Of a stretch of DNA of 64,000 nt, positions 1-11,081 are shown one piece after another. A model generated the notes under the pieces. It was not told the DNA's origin. It worked only from the letters and a program-made list of their open reading frames with translations, and searched no databases. Each line of letters begins with the position of its first letter. Position 1 is the first letter of the stretch. The stretch is from NCBI RefSeq assembly GCF_006345805.1, contig NC_042997.1, forward strand, positions 145,824,001 to 145,888,000, in the 5' to 3' direction. The DNA is from Octopus sinensis (lineage: Eukaryota). The translations under genes were made by a program, and so were the position numbers.

Positions 1-624
1 ATAAAAGGAGCACCTGTTGAACACTGAGGGTCGATGAAATCGACTTATCTCCTTCCATGAAATTGCTGGCCTTGTACCACAATTTGAAACGAATATTATA
101 ACTCGTACGTTGCTGTTATCGTTGTTGCTTCTTCCAATCAGGACTCACGCCGTTAGCCACAAAGAATAATCTCTAATTCGAGCCTTCTCTAAGCTACTAA
201 GAATGCATGTAGCAACTTGAAGATCCACCCACCATACGCGATAGACTGGCGGTTACACGGGCGCGAAAGCTACGTTGTTATCCTCATTCCGTAAACGGTG
301 GCTTTTAACGGGTGGAGAGCTGAACCATCCTGGGGTACAGAGGATTCGCAATCTAGACTAGGGTCTGAAAGAAAGTTGTGGTGAAAGAGTACAATTAATA
401 CTGGGTTCAATTTGTTCGACAAAGCTCTTCAAGCCGGTACTCCAGCATGGCTGCAGTTCATTGACTGAAACAAACGAAATAAACCATTAAAATTTCAAAA
501 CTTTGTTTCCATCCGCTAATATACAGGACTATGTACCTAATTAAATTTATAGCCTATGAAGTACACTCGCAGCAATACGGTTTTCATTCTGAGCTCAACC
601 TATGTCATATTACTTTCAATACTA

Positions 625-824
625 ATAATCCTTTCTACTATAGACACAAGGCCTGAAATTTTGAGGGAGGGCATCTAGTCAAACCCAATGAGTCACTGGT
701 ACTTATTTCATCGACTCTGAAAAGATGAAAGGCAAAGTCAACCTTTGAACTCAGAACGTAAGGATGGACGAAATGCCGCTAAGCATTTGGCTCGCGTGCT
801 AATGATTCTCCCAGCTCGCCGCCT
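625..824 (-). mobile_element. tRNA-SINE family A (Meta-domain-like body), (ATT)n-type tail
   Basis: Reverse complement reads GGCGGCGAGCTGG..GTTCTGAGTTCAAA..TTTGCCTTTCATC..AAGTACCAG..AGAAAGGATTATT; many similar copies in the window. Confidence 0.8.
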
Positions 825-832
825 TTGTTAAA

Positions 833-1252
833 GATTCTTTTCTACTCTAGGCACAAGCCCTGAAATTTTGTGGGAGGGAGCCAGTCAATTAGATTGACCC
901 CAGTACGCAACTGGTACTTAATTTATCGACCTCGAAAGGATAAAAGGCAAAGTCGATCTCGGTGGTATTTGAACTCAGAACGTAAAAACAAACGAAATTC
1001 CGCTAAGCATTTCGTCCGGCGTGCCAACGATTCTGCCAGTTTGCCTCCTTTGCTAACGATTCTGCCAGCACGCCGCCTTTGCTAATGATTCTGCCAGCTC
1101 ACCGCCTTTGCTAACGATTCTGCCAGTTTGCCTCCTTTGCTAACGATTCTGCCAGTTTGCCTCCTTTGCTAACGATTCTGCCAGTTTGCCTCCTTTGCTA
1201 ACGATTCTGCCAGTTTGCCTCCTTTGCTAATGATTCTGCCAGCTCGTTGCCT
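833..1252 (-). mobile_element. SINE family A with its first 29 nt reiterated about 8 times
   Basis: Full body at 833-1050; unit gctaacgattctgccag(ttt/ctc)gcc(t/g)ccttt repeated over 1023-1252. Confidence 0.85.
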
Positions 1253-1858
1253 ATCAATACAAATAATACTAAAATAGTGTATGAGGACCGCAAGTTTAAT
1301 ATCTTCTGAGTCCTTAAAATATTTAGAACATTTCGTCAAGTTTGGTGCCTGAATGATTTTAGTGGAGTCCTTTATCCTGCAAATTTTCGGCTAGATCTGT
1401 GATTAAAGCCGAATTCCTTCCTTGTCTCCGATCAGTCTCAGAGAACACTCAAATGAGTCATGGACACTGTTATTCTTCAAGTCACTAAAACATTTAAAAA
1501 CGCTCCAGTAATGGGTAAGTTCACAGCAAGCCAATCTGCTACTCGATCTCAATTATGAATTATAGACATTTTACATTACACAGTTCTTGATACACAGGAG
1601 AATAAATTAGCATTAAATATTCCTATTTGTGAGTCTAAAATTATACACCGGCTTGTAAACAACCGGTGGGCCAATCATACATCGCTGTTTCATTGCCTCG
1701 CGAATGTCATTTTATGCTCTTAGATGGCTGTAAAGTAAGGGAGGACATAAGTTGTTACGCAAATTCTGCATTAACCCCTGTGACACACACATGTTTATAT
1801 ATATATATAATATTAGATATAGATATATGTATGTAGGTCTGAGTACACACACATACAT

Positions 1859-1897
<39 letters not shown>

Positions 1898-1904
1898 AAC
1901 AGAC

Positions 1905-1951
<47 letters not shown>

Positions 1952-2634
1952 TAAACAGACGTACATATATCTCAACAATATAAAATGTTGAACAAATGAT
2001 ACATTAAAACTCTTCTATAATCGATGTCATTTAGAAAAAAAAAGTCTTTTCAAATAATATCAACAACATATATTCGTATTCAATGTTTTATATGGCGCTG
2101 AAAATATCTTCCAATGAAATTCAAAGCAGTTAAATAATGTTATATAGAAGTTAGATAATCAATAATTTTTAAAACATATCAATTCAAAAGCCTTATCGTG
2201 TTAACACCTGAAACATGAATTAAGTAATATATTGATTTTTATTTCTATTTTAATTTTTTATTGCGTAGCCAGAACGTGGGGAGGCCAAGGTGGGAGGAAA
2301 GAATGGAGGAGGAGGTTATCCTTCACTGGACACCTAAATAGAATGCTGCCAATTAAATGGATTCTAAAGAAACCAACTGAGACCTTCGACGAATTATATC
2401 TACTACGTAGTAGCAGGAACAATACCTGCTAGAAGATTGCTTAGAGTTTTGCCTAACAATATTCACTCAATCGTCTTTGGTCAAAAGAAAACTTCCTCTG
2501 TGTGCTTCCTTACAGAATTGAACCCTGAATTGCATACTTACGAAGCAAATTTCTGGAGTAAACAGTCATACCCAGCTAAGGTTAAAAATAAACACCCCCC
2601 AAAATAAAATAGTGGCTTTGGCAGTCAAGTGTAT

Positions 2635-2858
2635 TTCTTTCTTTATTGCCTACAAGGGGATAAACATAGAGGGGACAGACAAAGTGATTAAGTCGATTAC
2701 ATTGACCACAGTGCGTAACTAGTACTTTACTTATCGACCTCGAAAGGATGAACGGCAAAGTCGACCGCGGTGGAATTTGAACTCAGAACGTAACGGCAGA
2801 CGAAATACCACTAAGCATTTCGCCCGGCGTGCTAACGTTTCTGCCAGCTCGCCGCCTT
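2635..2858 (-). mobile_element. SINE family A, alternative tail (..GTCCCCTCTATGTTTATCCCCTTG..AATAAAGAAA)
   Basis: Same head and body as the other A copies but a different 3' ~60 nt; same tail type at 11241-11474 and 28771-29003. Confidence 0.85.
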
Positions 2859-3325
2859 CTTTGCAGTCGAGTGTATTTCGTAATGACCTACAAAATGTGA
2901 AATGTCAAACATGGAAATCTAAACGATGTTACAGATTTTAACTACCCAGCCTTTTGCCTTTTACTCTATGGCGACAGTCATGAGGATTACTATTCGTTTT
3001 CTCCTTCATTGTTATTATCATTTAACCGCAGGTCAGTTCACATAATGCAGACCTATAACCAAACGTGTTCTACTCGTTCGGCCTTATAGATATAGTGAGT
3101 CGCATGTAAAACTTGTCAAATGTGTCATACTTTATATAGGACTGAAACGTGAGATTAAAGAGAGATACGATCACGTAGACGCTTCTACATTATTGCATCA
3201 TCTAGATGCTTCCTTATCTAGCTGTTAACTGAATGTTTACTCTTCCTTTAGAGCATTTATTAATATGCTATTTCTATTACGACGTTGTTACTGCATTGAC
3301 CGTTCATCAGACATAACATAAGTAG

Positions 3326-3414
3326 CTTCTTCTTCTTCTTCTTCTTCTTCTTCTTCTTCTTCTTCTCCTCCTCCTCCTCCTCCTCCTTCTTCTTCTTCTT
3401 CTTCTTCTTCTTCT
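3326..3414. repeat. (CTT)n/(CCT)n microsatellite
   Basis: Directly visible. Confidence 0.95.
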
Positions 3415-3609
3415 CACTCGACAAAACGTATGAACATTAAGAAGACGCGGAGAAATACACCAATAGACTAGAACAGGTAAAAGTTTCATTCAATAGACCA
3501 CAATACTTTTGAGGTCTTACAGAAGAAGAAAACTTGTCGATGAAAAGACAGATTAAAGCGCATACCTTCAGTCAAAGCTGAATTCTGTTTGAAAAACACC
3601 TGACAAGAT

Positions 3610-3960
3610 AGTAATTTTGTGGGATACACTCATAAGTCCGGATATCCAAGTTATTTTCCACTCGGAAACCTTAGATCAGAAACACTCCAGCATCCCAAAA
3701 AGGACTGAAGGTTTTACAATAATATTTATTTGTCCGGGACGGAGAAGAACCCGGTAAAATCTGAAACGTCCACCAAAACTAGACTTCTGGTAGATGGTGA
3801 AATGCGTGCCTTTGGATGATCCTAGCATGCTGCTACAAAAATATTCCGAACAGAAAAAAAGGGTTGTTTTGGCTGTTGGAGATTCTAATTCAAGTAAAAT
3901 CCTGGATCACTGGCTAAAATACCTGACCTAATAGAAATCCAAGAAGGGCATTAACAGCAA
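3610..3960 (+). pseudogene. Possible highly decayed RLE endonuclease fragment of an R4-like LINE
   Basis: GTAATTTTGTGGGAT translates VILWD, like ILWDF in the Dong ORF; downstream similarity is weak and frameshifted. Confidence 0.25.
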
Positions 3961-4489
3961 ATGGTAGGAGGGAACAGAAGGTCTCGATGATACAACTGGA
4001 AACACAAATCATATCAAGGTTTACTGCCCCCGCCTCAACACAAAATACAGCATCCACTACTGCCAATACCACAATATCAGCACCACCACCAGCAGCGACT
4101 ACAATTGGACAGCTACAATTACAGCATGCAACTTCAGCAACAGTGATAGCAACACCAGTTACAAGACTAAAAGCAGCACCTACAACAACAAAAACAACGA
4201 CAACACCAAAAGTGAAAACAACTATAACAGTAACAAAAAAGAAAACGAATCACCATCGTTAAGAGCCACCACATCACCAGGATCAACAACAGTAGCTGAA
4301 AGCTCCAAAGCAACAGTAAAACCAAGAGTGTGTTGAAAGAAATTCTTAGAGGTTTGGATGATTCACCTTTCGAAACAGGGTGGTTCGTTCAACATCCTTA
4401 AAAATCCTTATTCAGGGACCTTTTGAGCAGGGTGCGCTACTCGACCAGAAGAAAATTCTAACTGGGCTCCACCTGCAAGATTTACTGTA

Positions 4490-4793
4490 TGTGAAGGCCC
4501 TTGAAACACCCCAAATGGTTAGGTGTGATTCCTTCACGATCACAAGATCGGGAATTCGATTACCAGACCAAGCAGTGTGTTGTTTTCTTGAGCAAAACAG
4601 GGCCTTCCATGTTGCTCCATCCACTCACTTGTGAATGAGTAATCCTGAAACGGCCAGGCGTCCGTACAGGAGTTTTGTTATGATTTTGGCTGCTTATACG
4701 CCACAGAGACTGGATAAGCCAATAAGTTCTAAGAATCGAGGCCGTAATGTCCAGTGGTTCTTAACGACATCGATGATGATGATGATGATGATG
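4490..4793 (+). mobile_element. Diverged tRNA-SINE related to family C, (GAT)n tail
   Basis: TGGTTAGG..ATTCGATT head, TTCTTGAGCAAAAC core, TATACGCC..GAGACTGG tail shared with 12734-12995. Confidence 0.6.
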
Positions 4794-5448
4794 AGCAGAA
4801 GCTAAACGTTTCTCATATGAAGAAGATTTACCTTCTATTTCTGAGAGCCGTGCATCTATGTAGGCTTTCCTTCGTTGGCTTATATTCAAAAGAGTGTTAA
4901 ATCAAAGAAATTATGCCATTGAAGTAACTTGCAAAGTAACGCACACACGCATACACACATACACACGTATGTATATACTGACGCTTTCTGGAGTTAGCAC
5001 TCTTAAAGACTTTGTTTGATGTCTAGATTCATTCTTTTGAAATGTGGAAATCTAAAGGTGAACATCCACGTCTACATCAACATGATAATCGAATTCCGTT
5101 TTTTTCTTTCGCAAAAGCCTACTGTTGTGGAATCAACAATTTTATATCTAACCCAGATTAAGAAACCTTCTTGGCGTCAGATGTTAGATAATCAAAAGTA
5201 GTCCAACTTAAATTGCGCTTAACTACTGGAGCAAAATATCTGATTAATTTCCAGTTATAAGCAATTACACTTAAGTAATTAAAAACCAACGTTCCTCAAG
5301 ATGTAAAATGTTTCTTTCCAGTTGCCAAATATTAAATAAATAGATTTTTAGAAAAATATGCTCATATGTCTACGCACGTAACAATTCGAACTTTAGAAAA
5401 ATAATAACAGCAATAATAATAATAACAATAATAATAATAATAATAATG

Positions 5449-5664
5449 ATAATCCTTTCTACTAAAGGCACAAAAGAATCCCTTTATGGGGACGGGAGTA
5501 GTCGATTACACCGACAGTTCTCCACTGGTACTTAATTTATCGACGCCAAAAGGATGAAAGGTAAAGTCGACTTCGACAGAATTTGAACTCAGGGCGTAAG
5601 GACGGGCGAAATGCCGCTAAGCATTGTGTCCGGAGTGCATACGATTCTGTCAGTTCGCCGTCTT
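5449..5664 (-). mobile_element. SINE family A
   Basis: Family A head and body motifs; abuts (AAT)n. Confidence 0.8.
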
Positions 5665-5848
5665 TGCGGGGCATGATGTAGAGTGTCAGTTGTTCACAGC
5701 CATCAGACTTAGGTGACACTTCTTTACTGGTCAACAAGTGTCACTTTAGCCCGCCGGCTGTGGTCACCTGATACTTTCCATCATACCCAGCAAAATAATA
5801 ATAATAATCTATTATTAGTATCATCAACATTATTATTATTATTATTAC

Positions 5849-7575
5849 TTTTTTTTTCTTCTTTCAAATTTGCTTCCATTCCTTGCCGAGTGTCTTCCCG
5901 ACTCCTAGGGCAAAGAAACACATAATATACATTGGTAGGCCATTAAACCAAACTCAATAGTTCGTTCATTTTTTAATTTTTTTTTTAAGTTAAATTAAAA
6001 TAGATGAGCAGCAACAGTTCTCACATCGACAATGCTCTTCTCAATACGTGTGATGTACCAGCTAAGACAATCTTTTGCACTTCTTGCAGGGATGGTAAGC
6101 CAGGGATCATTCTCATATAATTTTCGGTTCCCTTCTTGATCATTCCTAGTGCTCCTACGATCACTGGTATTGTAACCGCCTTGAGATGCCACATTTTCTC
6201 AATTTCAATGAGTAGGTCTTTATATTTTCTGAGATTGTCAAACTCTTTCGCTGAGATATTATGATCACAGGGGATGCTCATGTCGATCAATAAGCAAACT
6301 TTATTGTTTTGGTCTTTCACAACAATATCTGGTTTATTGGCCTTGATGGTTCGGTCTGTATGTACTGGAAAGTCCCACAGAATGGTTACATTTTCTCCTT
6401 CAGTTACAGCCTCAGGGTGGTGATTATACCACTTGTCGGCAGTTTTGATATTATAATGCCGACTTATTAGCCAGTGGAGATATTGGCCAACTCTGTCATG
6501 TCTTAATTTATACTCCACTGGTGCTAAGACTTTACATCCAGAGATTAGGTGGTCTACTGTTTCAATCATGTCGTTGCAGAATCGGCATTTTGGATCTGCT
6601 CCATTTTTCATCACATTGGCCTGGTAGTTCTGGGTTAATAGGCTTTGATCTTGAGCAGCCAGGATGAAACCTTCGCTCTCTGCTTTTAGCCCTGAGCTCC
6701 GTAGCCACTGATGGGTTTGCTTCTGGTCAACATCAGCTTGTTTGCTGCGGGTCACATATTTGCCGTGCAGATGTTTCTCCTCCCACCTATCAGCCAATTG
6801 CTCGTGCGCTTTTTTCATTGCCATCATTTTCACCTTCTTTGCAACAATAGTTGCCGTACTTCCCTCGGGTTGTTCAGTTTGGGTATCCTGCACGAGATCA
6901 ATAGCAAATTTTTTGCTTTCTTTTATGATAGAATGAAGCTTCTTTCGTCTCTCGTGATTTTCCACGAGCTTTAGCATCCAGTCATTCGATATTTCGAGAT
7001 ATTTGGCCAGTCCAATTGTGGTTGTTTTGTAAGCTAGTTCAAATTGGATCAGGCCTCGACCTCCTTGGGCTCCGGGAAGGTAAAGGCGATCTACGTCTGC
7101 CTTTGGGTGGTGCATCCTATTACAACTCAGCAGCTTGCGTATTTTCCTATCTATATTCTTTACTTCACTCATATTCCAGTTCAACACATTGTAGCTATAA
7201 GTAACAACTGGAACTGCTAAGGAATTTATAGCTAACACCTTGTTACGTGCATTTAGTTCAGATTTCAGGACTGCACGAACTCTCCTATAACATTCCTTCC
7301 TGATTTTCTCTTTCATGCTTGCATGCTGAATATCAGAGCCTTCATTTATCCCTAAATATTTGTATGTTTGTTCTTGCTCAAGCTCTCTTATGACTGTGTC
7401 AACATCTAACACGACTGAATTTGTGGTCTTCACTTTCCCTTTCTGGAAAGTGGCCTTGGCACACTTCTCAAGTCCAAACTCCATCCCGATGTCATCGCTG
7501 AATGCTTTCACGGTGCGCAATAGGCCTTCAAGTTCATTATTGTCTTTACCATAAAGTTTTAAGTCATCCATATAA
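5849..7575 (-). mobile_element. R4/Dong-clade non-LTR retrotransposon, 5'-truncated copy 1, inserted in (TAA)n
   Basis: Open frame from RT motif YMDD through CRFC..ETVDHLISGC zinc knuckle, RHD and KPD..LIDMSIP..KY RLE endonuclease; ~170-nt 3' UTR ending in an A-run; (TAA)n on both sides. Confidence 0.93.
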
Positions 7576-7622
7576 TTATTATTATTATTATTTTTTTTTT
7601 CTTCTTTCAAATGTGCTTCCAT
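6021..7622 (-). CDS. 533-aa ORF: RT C-terminal half, CCHC knuckle and RLE endonuclease; first ~16 aa come from the neighbour's 3' UTR plus (AAT)n
   Basis: No stops from 7573 to 6021; RT motifs upstream of YMDD are missing, so not a functional RT. Confidence 0.6.
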   Translation of the reverse strand: MEAHLKEEKKNNNNNNYMDDLKLYGKDNNELEGLLRTVKAFSDDIGMEFGLEKCAKATFQKGKVKTTNSVVLDVDTVIRELEQEQTYKYLGINEGSDIQHASMKEKIRKECYRRVRAVLKSELNARNKVLAINSLAVPVVTYSYNVLNWNMSEVKNIDRKIRKLLSCNRMHHPKADVDRLYLPGAQGGRGLIQFELAYKTTTIGLAKYLEISNDWMLKLVENHERRKKLHSIIKESKKFAIDLVQDTQTEQPEGSTATIVAKKVKMMAMKKAHEQLADRWEEKHLHGKYVTRSKQADVDQKQTHQWLRSSGLKAESEGFILAAQDQSLLTQNYQANVMKNGADPKCRFCNDMIETVDHLISGCKVLAPVEYKLRHDRVGQYLHWLISRHYNIKTADKWYNHHPEAVTEGENVTILWDFPVHTDRTIKANKPDIVVKDQNNKVCLLIDMSIPCDHNISAKEFDNLRKYKDLLIEIEKMWHLKAVTIPVIVGALGMIKKGTENYMRMIPGLPSLQEVQKIVLAGTSHVLRRALSM

Positions 7623-8650
7623 TTCTTGCCGAGTGTCTTCCCGACTCCTAGGGCAAAGAAACTCATAGTATACATTGGTAGGCCATTAAACCAAACTCAA
7701 TAGTTCGTTCACTTTTTTTTTTTTTTTTTAAGTTAAATTAAAATACATGAGCAGCAACAGTTCTCACATCGACAATGCTCTTCTCAATACGTGTGATGTA
7801 CCAGTTAAGACAATCTTTTGCACTTCTTGCAGGGATGGTAAGCCAGGGATCATTCTCATATAATTTTCGGTTCCCTTCTTGATCATTCCTAGTGCTCCTA
7901 CGATCACTGGTATTGTAACCGCCTTGAGATGCCACATTTTCTCAATTTCAATGAGTAGGTCTTTATATTTTCTGAGCTTGTCAAACTCTTTCGCTTAGAT
8001 ATTATGATCACAGGGGATGCTCATGTCGATCAATAAGCAAACTTTATTGTTTTGGTCTTTTACAACAATATCTGGTTTATTGGCCTTGATGGTTCGGTCT
8101 GTATGTACTGGAAAGTCCCGCAGAATGGTTACATTTTCTCCTTCAGTTACAGCCTCAGGGTGGTGATTATACCACTTGTCGGCAGTTTTGATATTGTAAT
8201 GCCGACTTATTAGCCAGTGGAGATATTGGCCAACTCTGTCATATCTTAATTTATACTCCACTGGTACTAAGACTTTACATCCAGAGACTAGGTGGTCCAC
8301 TGTTTCAATCATGTCGTTGCAGAATCGGCATTTTGGGTACGCTCCATTTTTCATCACATTGGCCTGGTAGTTCCGGGTTAATAGGCTTTGATCTTGAGCA
8401 GCCAGGATGAGACCTGCGCTCTCTGCTTTTAGCCCTGAGCTCCGTAGCCACTGATGGGTTTGCTTCTGGTCAACATCAACTTGTTTGCTGCGGGTCACAT
8501 ATTTGCCGTGCAGAGGTTTCTCCTCCCACCTATCAGCCAATTGCTCGTGCGCTTTTTTCATTGCCATCATTTTCACCTTCTTTGCAACAATAGTTGCCGT
8601 ACTTCCCTCGGGTTGTTCAGTTTGGGTATCCTGCACGAGATCAATAGCAA

Positions 8651-8653
<3 letters not shown>
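7591..8653 (-). mobile_element. R4/Dong LINE copy 2, more truncated, head-to-tail with copy 1
   Basis: Near-identical to 5849-6913; premature TAA at 7995-7997; WDF changed to RDF. Confidence 0.93.
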
Positions 8654-8710
<57 letters not shown>

Positions 8711-8714
8711 TATT

Positions 8715-8749
<35 letters not shown>

Positions 8750-8800
8750 CATTATTATTATTATTATTATCATCATTATTATTATTATTATTATTATTAT

Positions 8801-9355
8801 TGAGTGAGAGAGCAGTGCATGCCTTCAAAGTGTCACAGGGGTAAAATATACGAAGCCCTGTATAACCATCATGACTACCCGTCTGATAAGGGTACACCAG
8901 GCACATGCATCACAACCATATGTGCGCGACATGGTGATCTCATATCAAGATAAACAGTGCATGACCTTGCAGGTGGGGCCCAGTTAGAATTTTCTTCAGG
9001 TCGAGTAGCCCATCCTGCTCAAAAGGCCTCTGAATAAAGATTGTTGAAGGATCTTGAACGAACCACCCATATTTCCAAAGGTGAATTATCCAAACCTCTA
9101 AGAATTCCTTTCAACACACGGCTAGAATGCTCCCCCACTACTTCTGCTTGTGATCAGAGATACACATATCGTCAGCCACTAAGGGACATGGTCAACTGTT
9201 TAAGGTCAAACAACTGACAAGCAAATCTGTGGTATTGAGTAGAATATTTGCTGTAGCCCATCTTTTATACCAAGACAAAACAATGTACATGATAACACTT
9301 CCAATCAGTTAAGATCAGCAGCCATGAGAGCCACTGCCTGGTCCTGAATCCGGGT
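8801..9355 (-). mobile_element. ~550-bp non-coding (TAA)n-associated retroposon, copy a
   Basis: Five copies in window; complete 3' ends read GCTCTCTCACTCA then (ATA)n; no long ORF. Confidence 0.85.
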
Positions 9356-9430
9356 ATTATTATTATTATTATTATTATTATTGATGTTATTGTTGTTGTT
9401 GTTTTTGTCGTCGTTGTTGTTGTTGTTATT

Positions 9431-9481
<51 letters not shown>

Positions 9482-9508
9482 CTTCTTCTTCTTCTTCTTC
9501 TTCTTCTT

Positions 9509-9567
<59 letters not shown>

Positions 9568-9582
9568 CATTATTATTATTAT
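9356..9582. repeat. Compound (TTA)n(TTG)n(TTC)n(TTA)n microsatellite
   Basis: Directly visible. Confidence 0.95.
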
Positions 9583-10255
9583 TGAGTGAGCGAGCAGAGC
9601 ATGCCATCAAAGTGACACTGGGGTAAAATATACGAAGCCCAGTATACCCATCATGACTACCCGTCTGATAAGGGTACACCAGGCACATGCATCACAACCA
9701 TATGTGCGCGACATGGTGATCTCATATCAAGATAAACAGCACATGACCTTGTAGGTGGGGCCCAGTTAGAATTTTCTTCAGGTTGAGTAGCCCATCCTGC
9801 TCAAAAGGTCCCTGAATAAAGATGGTTGAAGGATCTTGAAAGAACCACCCATATTTCCAGAGGTGAATTATTCAAACCCCAAAGAATCCCTCTCAACACA
9901 TGGCTATGATGCTCCCCCACTACTTCTGCTCGTGATCAGCGATGCACATATCGTCAGCCACTAAGGGACATGGTCAACTGTTTAAGGTCAAACAACTGAC
10001 AAGCAAATCTGTGGTATTGAGCAGAATATTTGCTGTAGCCCATCTTTTATACCAAGACAAAACAATGTACATGATAACACTTCCAATCAGTTAAGATCAG
10101 AAGCCATGAGAGCCACTGCCTGGTACTGCATTCGGGCAACTGCCTGGTACTGCATCAGGGCATTACCTGGTACTGCATCAGGGCATTACCTGGTACTGCA
10201 TCAGGGCAACTGCCTGGTACTGCATCAGGGCACCTGCCTGGTACTGCATTAGGGC
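9583..10255 (-). mobile_element. (TAA)n-associated retroposon copy b, with 6 reiterations of its 5' ~24 nt
   Basis: Colinear with copy a; unit actgcctggtactgcatcagggca repeated over 10114-10255. Confidence 0.85.
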
Positions 10256-10371
10256 TATTATTATTATTATTATATTATTATTATTATTATTATTATTATA
10301 CCGTCAACATCGACTTTGACCTTCAGTCTTTTGGGGTCGTTAAAGTAAGTACCAGTGAAGAAGTGAAGTCG

Positions 10372-10822
10372 TGCATCACAACCATATGTGCGCGACATGG
10401 CAATCTTATGTGAATATAAAGTGTATGACCTTGCAGATGGGGCCCAGGTAGAATTTTTCTTTAGGTCGAGTAGCCCACCCCGCTGAAGAGGTTCTTGAAT
10501 AAGGGTTGTTTAAAGATTATGAACAAAACACCCATGCTTCCAGGGTTGAATTATCCCAACCCAAAAGAATCCCTTTCAACACGTGGTTATTATGCTGCTC
10601 CACTACTCCTGCTCGTGATCAGAGATGCACATATATCGTCAGACACTAAGAGACATGATCAACTAGTTAAAGTCCAGTAACTGATAGGTAAATCTGTGGT
10701 ATTGAGCAGAATATTTGCTGTAGCCCATCTTTTATACCAAGACAAAACAAGTACATGTTAACACTTAACACATGTTAAGATCAGAAGTCAGGAGATCAAC
10801 TGCCTAGTATTGCATTAGGACA
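10372..10822 (-). mobile_element. (TAA)n-associated retroposon copy c (older, 3' end missing)
   Basis: Colinear with copies a and b but more diverged. Confidence 0.8.
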
Positions 10823-10858
10823 AATATTATTATTATTATCATTATTATTATTATTATT

Positions 10859-10900
<42 letters not shown>

Positions 10901-10902
10901 AT

Positions 10903-11005
10903 TCTGTTTGACTTTTGCTGCACAAGCTGGCTCCAAGTCTCACCCAGAGACCTCAAGAGACAACAAGTTGGAAGTTCATGTTGGTGTTATGCCTAGGGTG
11001 CCATA
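10903..11005 (-). mobile_element. Probable 3'-end fragment of a second R4-like family
   Basis: ~100 bp between (TTG)n and (TTA)n; GAGGTCTCTGGGTGAGACTTGG resembles TAGGAGTCGGGAAGACACTCGG in the Dong 3' UTR. Confidence 0.45.
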
Positions 11006-11062
<57 letters not shown>

Positions 11063-11081
11063 CATTATTATTATTATTATT

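Noticed and set aside
3250-3315. CTGATGA..GAAA on the minus strand (similar at 31268 and 62965)
   Set aside because: Stems I and II do not pair.
3987-4262. Thr/Ala-rich mucin-like ORF
   Set aside because: Decayed (CAA/CAG/CAC)n tract; no splice or domain support.
10114-10255. Short direct repeats as a CRISPR array (also 1023-1252)
   Set aside because: No spacers or cas genes, eukaryotic context; units are retroposon 5' ends.
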